Positions 62,667 through 64,000 of a DNA stretch of 64,000 nt are shown one piece after another (the stretch's first letter is position 1; each line of letters opens with the position of its first letter). Made by a program: the position numbers and the translations under genes. The DNA lies in assembly GCA_963815405.1 (NCBI GenBank), contig CAWFGR010000005.1:431447-495446 (forward strand). The letters are read 5' to 3'. Origin of the DNA: an uncultured Actinomycetes bacterium. GTDB lineage: Bacteria > Actinomycetota > Acidimicrobiia > IMCC26256 > DASPTH01. The notes beneath the pieces are model-generated. The model was given only the letters and a program-made list of their open reading frames with translations. It made no database searches and was not told where the DNA came from.

Positions 62667-63558
62667 GGGCGAGCCCGGTCAGCCGCACCCCGACGCGCTC
62701 GGCGACCGTGTCGAGGTCGGTGCGGTGCTTGACGATCACGCTCATCGTCTCCCGGAAGATGTCGGCGTCGATGTCGTCGGCGCCCAGCAGCAGCAGCGTG
62801 CGCGCCCAGTCGATCGACTCCGCGATCGACGGCGGCTTCTTGAGGTCGAGCTCGCGCACCATGGCGATGATCTCGACGAGCTTGCGGGCGACCGTGTCGC
62901 TCAGCTCGGGCGTGTGGAGCTGGACGATCTGCAGCTCGTGCTCGAGCGAGGGGTAGTCCAGCCACAGGTAGAGGCAGCGGCGCTTGAGCGCCTCGGTGAG
63001 CTCGCGCGAGTTGTTGGAGGTGAGCAGGACAACGGGGTGGCTGGTGGCGTGCATCGTGCCCAGCTCGGGGATCGAGATCTGGAAGTCCGAGAGGATCTCG
63101 AGCAGCATCGCCTCGAACTCCTGGTCGGTCTTGTCGATCTCGTCGATGAGCAGGACCACCGGCTTCTCGGAGGTGATGGCGTTCAGCAGCGGGCGGGCGA
63201 GCAGGAAGTCGCCGGAGAAGATGTCGTCCTGGATGTCGGTCCAGCCGCCCCCGCCGCGCTCCTCGGACTGGATGCGCAGGAGCTGCTTGCGGTAGTTCCA
63301 CTCATACAGCGCCTTGGTCTCGTCCAGGCCCTCGTAGCACTGGAGGCGAATGAGGTCGCGCCCCAGGTAGCGGGCCAGCGCCTTGGCGAGCTCGGTCTTG
63401 CCCACGCCCGCCGGCCCCTCCACGAGCACCGGCTTGCCGAGCTTCGCGGCGAGGTAGGAGACCAGCGCGGTGGACTCGCCCGGGAGGTATCCGGTCGCGC
63501 GCAGGCCCTCGGAGACGTCGGCGACGGAGTCGGGGAGCGCGGACATGGGACCGCGCAT
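62641..63558 (-). CDS. coxD: MoxR-like AAA+ ATPase, CoxD family
   Basis: Intact 305-aa ORF: 'PVLVEGPAGVGKTELAKALARYLGRDLIRLQCYEGLDETKALYEWNY', 'VVLLIDEIDKTDQEFEAMLLEILSDFQISIPELG' and 'LLTSNNSRELTEALKRRCLY'. Confidence 0.85.
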   Translation of the reverse strand: MRGPMSALPDSVADVSEGLRATGYLPGESTALVSYLAAKLGKPVLVEGPAGVGKTELAKALARYLGRDLIRLQCYEGLDETKALYEWNYRKQLLRIQSEERGGGGWTDIQDDIFSGDFLLARPLLNAITSEKPVVLLIDEIDKTDQEFEAMLLEILSDFQISIPELGTMHATSHPVVLLTSNNSRELTEALKRRCLYLWLDYPSLEHELQIVQLHTPELSDTVARKLVEIIAMVRELDLKKPPSIAESIDWARTLLLLGADDIDADIFRETMSVIVKHRTDLDTVAERVGVRLTGLARGPIAAAE

Positions 63559-63572
63559 GATAGGACTGGCCG

Positions 63573-63788
63573 GTGCTCGGGCGGATTCCAGCGGTGGCGC
63601 TTGCGCTGGCGTCGGTCATCCCCGAGGGCGACCCGGACATCGCCCCGTTCATCGTGCTCACCGTGCTCGGGTTCTCCATCGCTGTGTTCGGCCACCTCAT
63701 CAAGTCCAACACCGTGATCGCGACGGGGATCATCCTCGTCTTCCTCGCGGTGGTCCTGATCCCGCTGATCACGCAGGGCGGGTCGTGA
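63573..63788 (+). CDS. small 2-TM membrane protein
   Basis: Intact 71-aa hydrophobic ORF. Its TGA overlaps the next GTG. Confidence 0.4.
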   Translation: MLGRIPAVALALASVIPEGDPDIAPFIVLTVLGFSIAVFGHLIKSNTVIATGIILVFLAVVLIPLITQGGS

Positions 63789-64000
63789 TCCTGCTCGCGA
63801 TCGTGGCGCGCGTGCCCGCCGAGGGCGTAACCCGCTACCAGGCCTACGAGGCGCGGGTGCTGCCCCTGCTCGCCGAGCACGGCGGGCGCCTCGAGCGCCG
63901 GCTGCGCACGCGCGACGAGCAGGTGGAGGTGCACATCGTCTCCTTCGAGTCGGCCGAGGCGCTGTCGGCGTACGTCGGGGACCCGCAGCGCGCGGAGCTC
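63785..64000 (+). CDS. hypothetical protein, 3'-truncated by the window end
   Basis: The GTG at 63785 opens 'VILLAIVARVPAEGVTRYQAYEARVLPLLAEHGGRLERRLRTRDEQVEVHIVSFESAEALSAYVGDPQRAEL', which runs off the window. Confidence 0.3.
   Translation, partial: MILLAIVARVPAEGVTRYQAYEARVLPLLAEHGGRLERRLRTRDEQVEVHIVSFESAEALSAYVGDPQRAEL

Overview
High-GC (~70-75% by hand counts) actinobacterial-type chromosomal segment; the gene content and very high GC3 suggest a Conexibacter/Solirubrobacter-like Thermoleophilia, which is a guess. It is densely packed with housekeeping and envelope genes. Left to right: a TetR regulator, a DUF4235/holin-X/DUF3618 membrane cluster, DegV, an NAD-epimerase, two Zn-ADHs plus mtnA, a Grx4-BolA-IscA/ErpA Fe-S trio, hemQ-FNR, a GT4/flippase-like envelope cluster, and a large adenylate-cyclase/STAND ATPase divergent from a stand-alone cNMP-binding protein. 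Next comes a ~2.7 kb low-GC island with an ECF sigma factor and three unknown exported or membrane proteins. It is followed by metH, a nitrogen cluster (GS type III <-> amt-glnB, then PucR), Ada/AlkA, and a complete Mce locus (yrbEA-yrbEB-mkl-mceABCDEF) with MMPL and a TlpA-like redoxin. The right end holds a MihF-like gene in an atypical-composition patch, an SPT-like alpha-oxoamine synthase divergent from a large GNAT, a TPP-riboswitch-controlled ThiXYZ-like ABC importer, enoyl-CoA hydratase and an orphan CoxD/CoxE (MoxR/VWA) pair. No rRNA, tRNA, CRISPR array, transposase or integrase was seen. Two things dominate. (1) The sequence is a mosaic: kb-scale blocks with perfectly open genes alternate with blocks where nearly every gene is broken by many +/-1 indels. 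This looks more like unpolished assembly patches than biology, but I cannot prove that from the sequence. (2) The best candidate for an undescribed system is the low-GC ECF-sigma island (about 20.4-23.15 kb). It encodes a Tyr-rich secreted mini-protein and two paralogous membrane-anchored proteins sharing a C-x13-C ectodomain motif. All coordinates of frameshifted genes are approximate, and all homology calls come from reading motifs, not from database searches.
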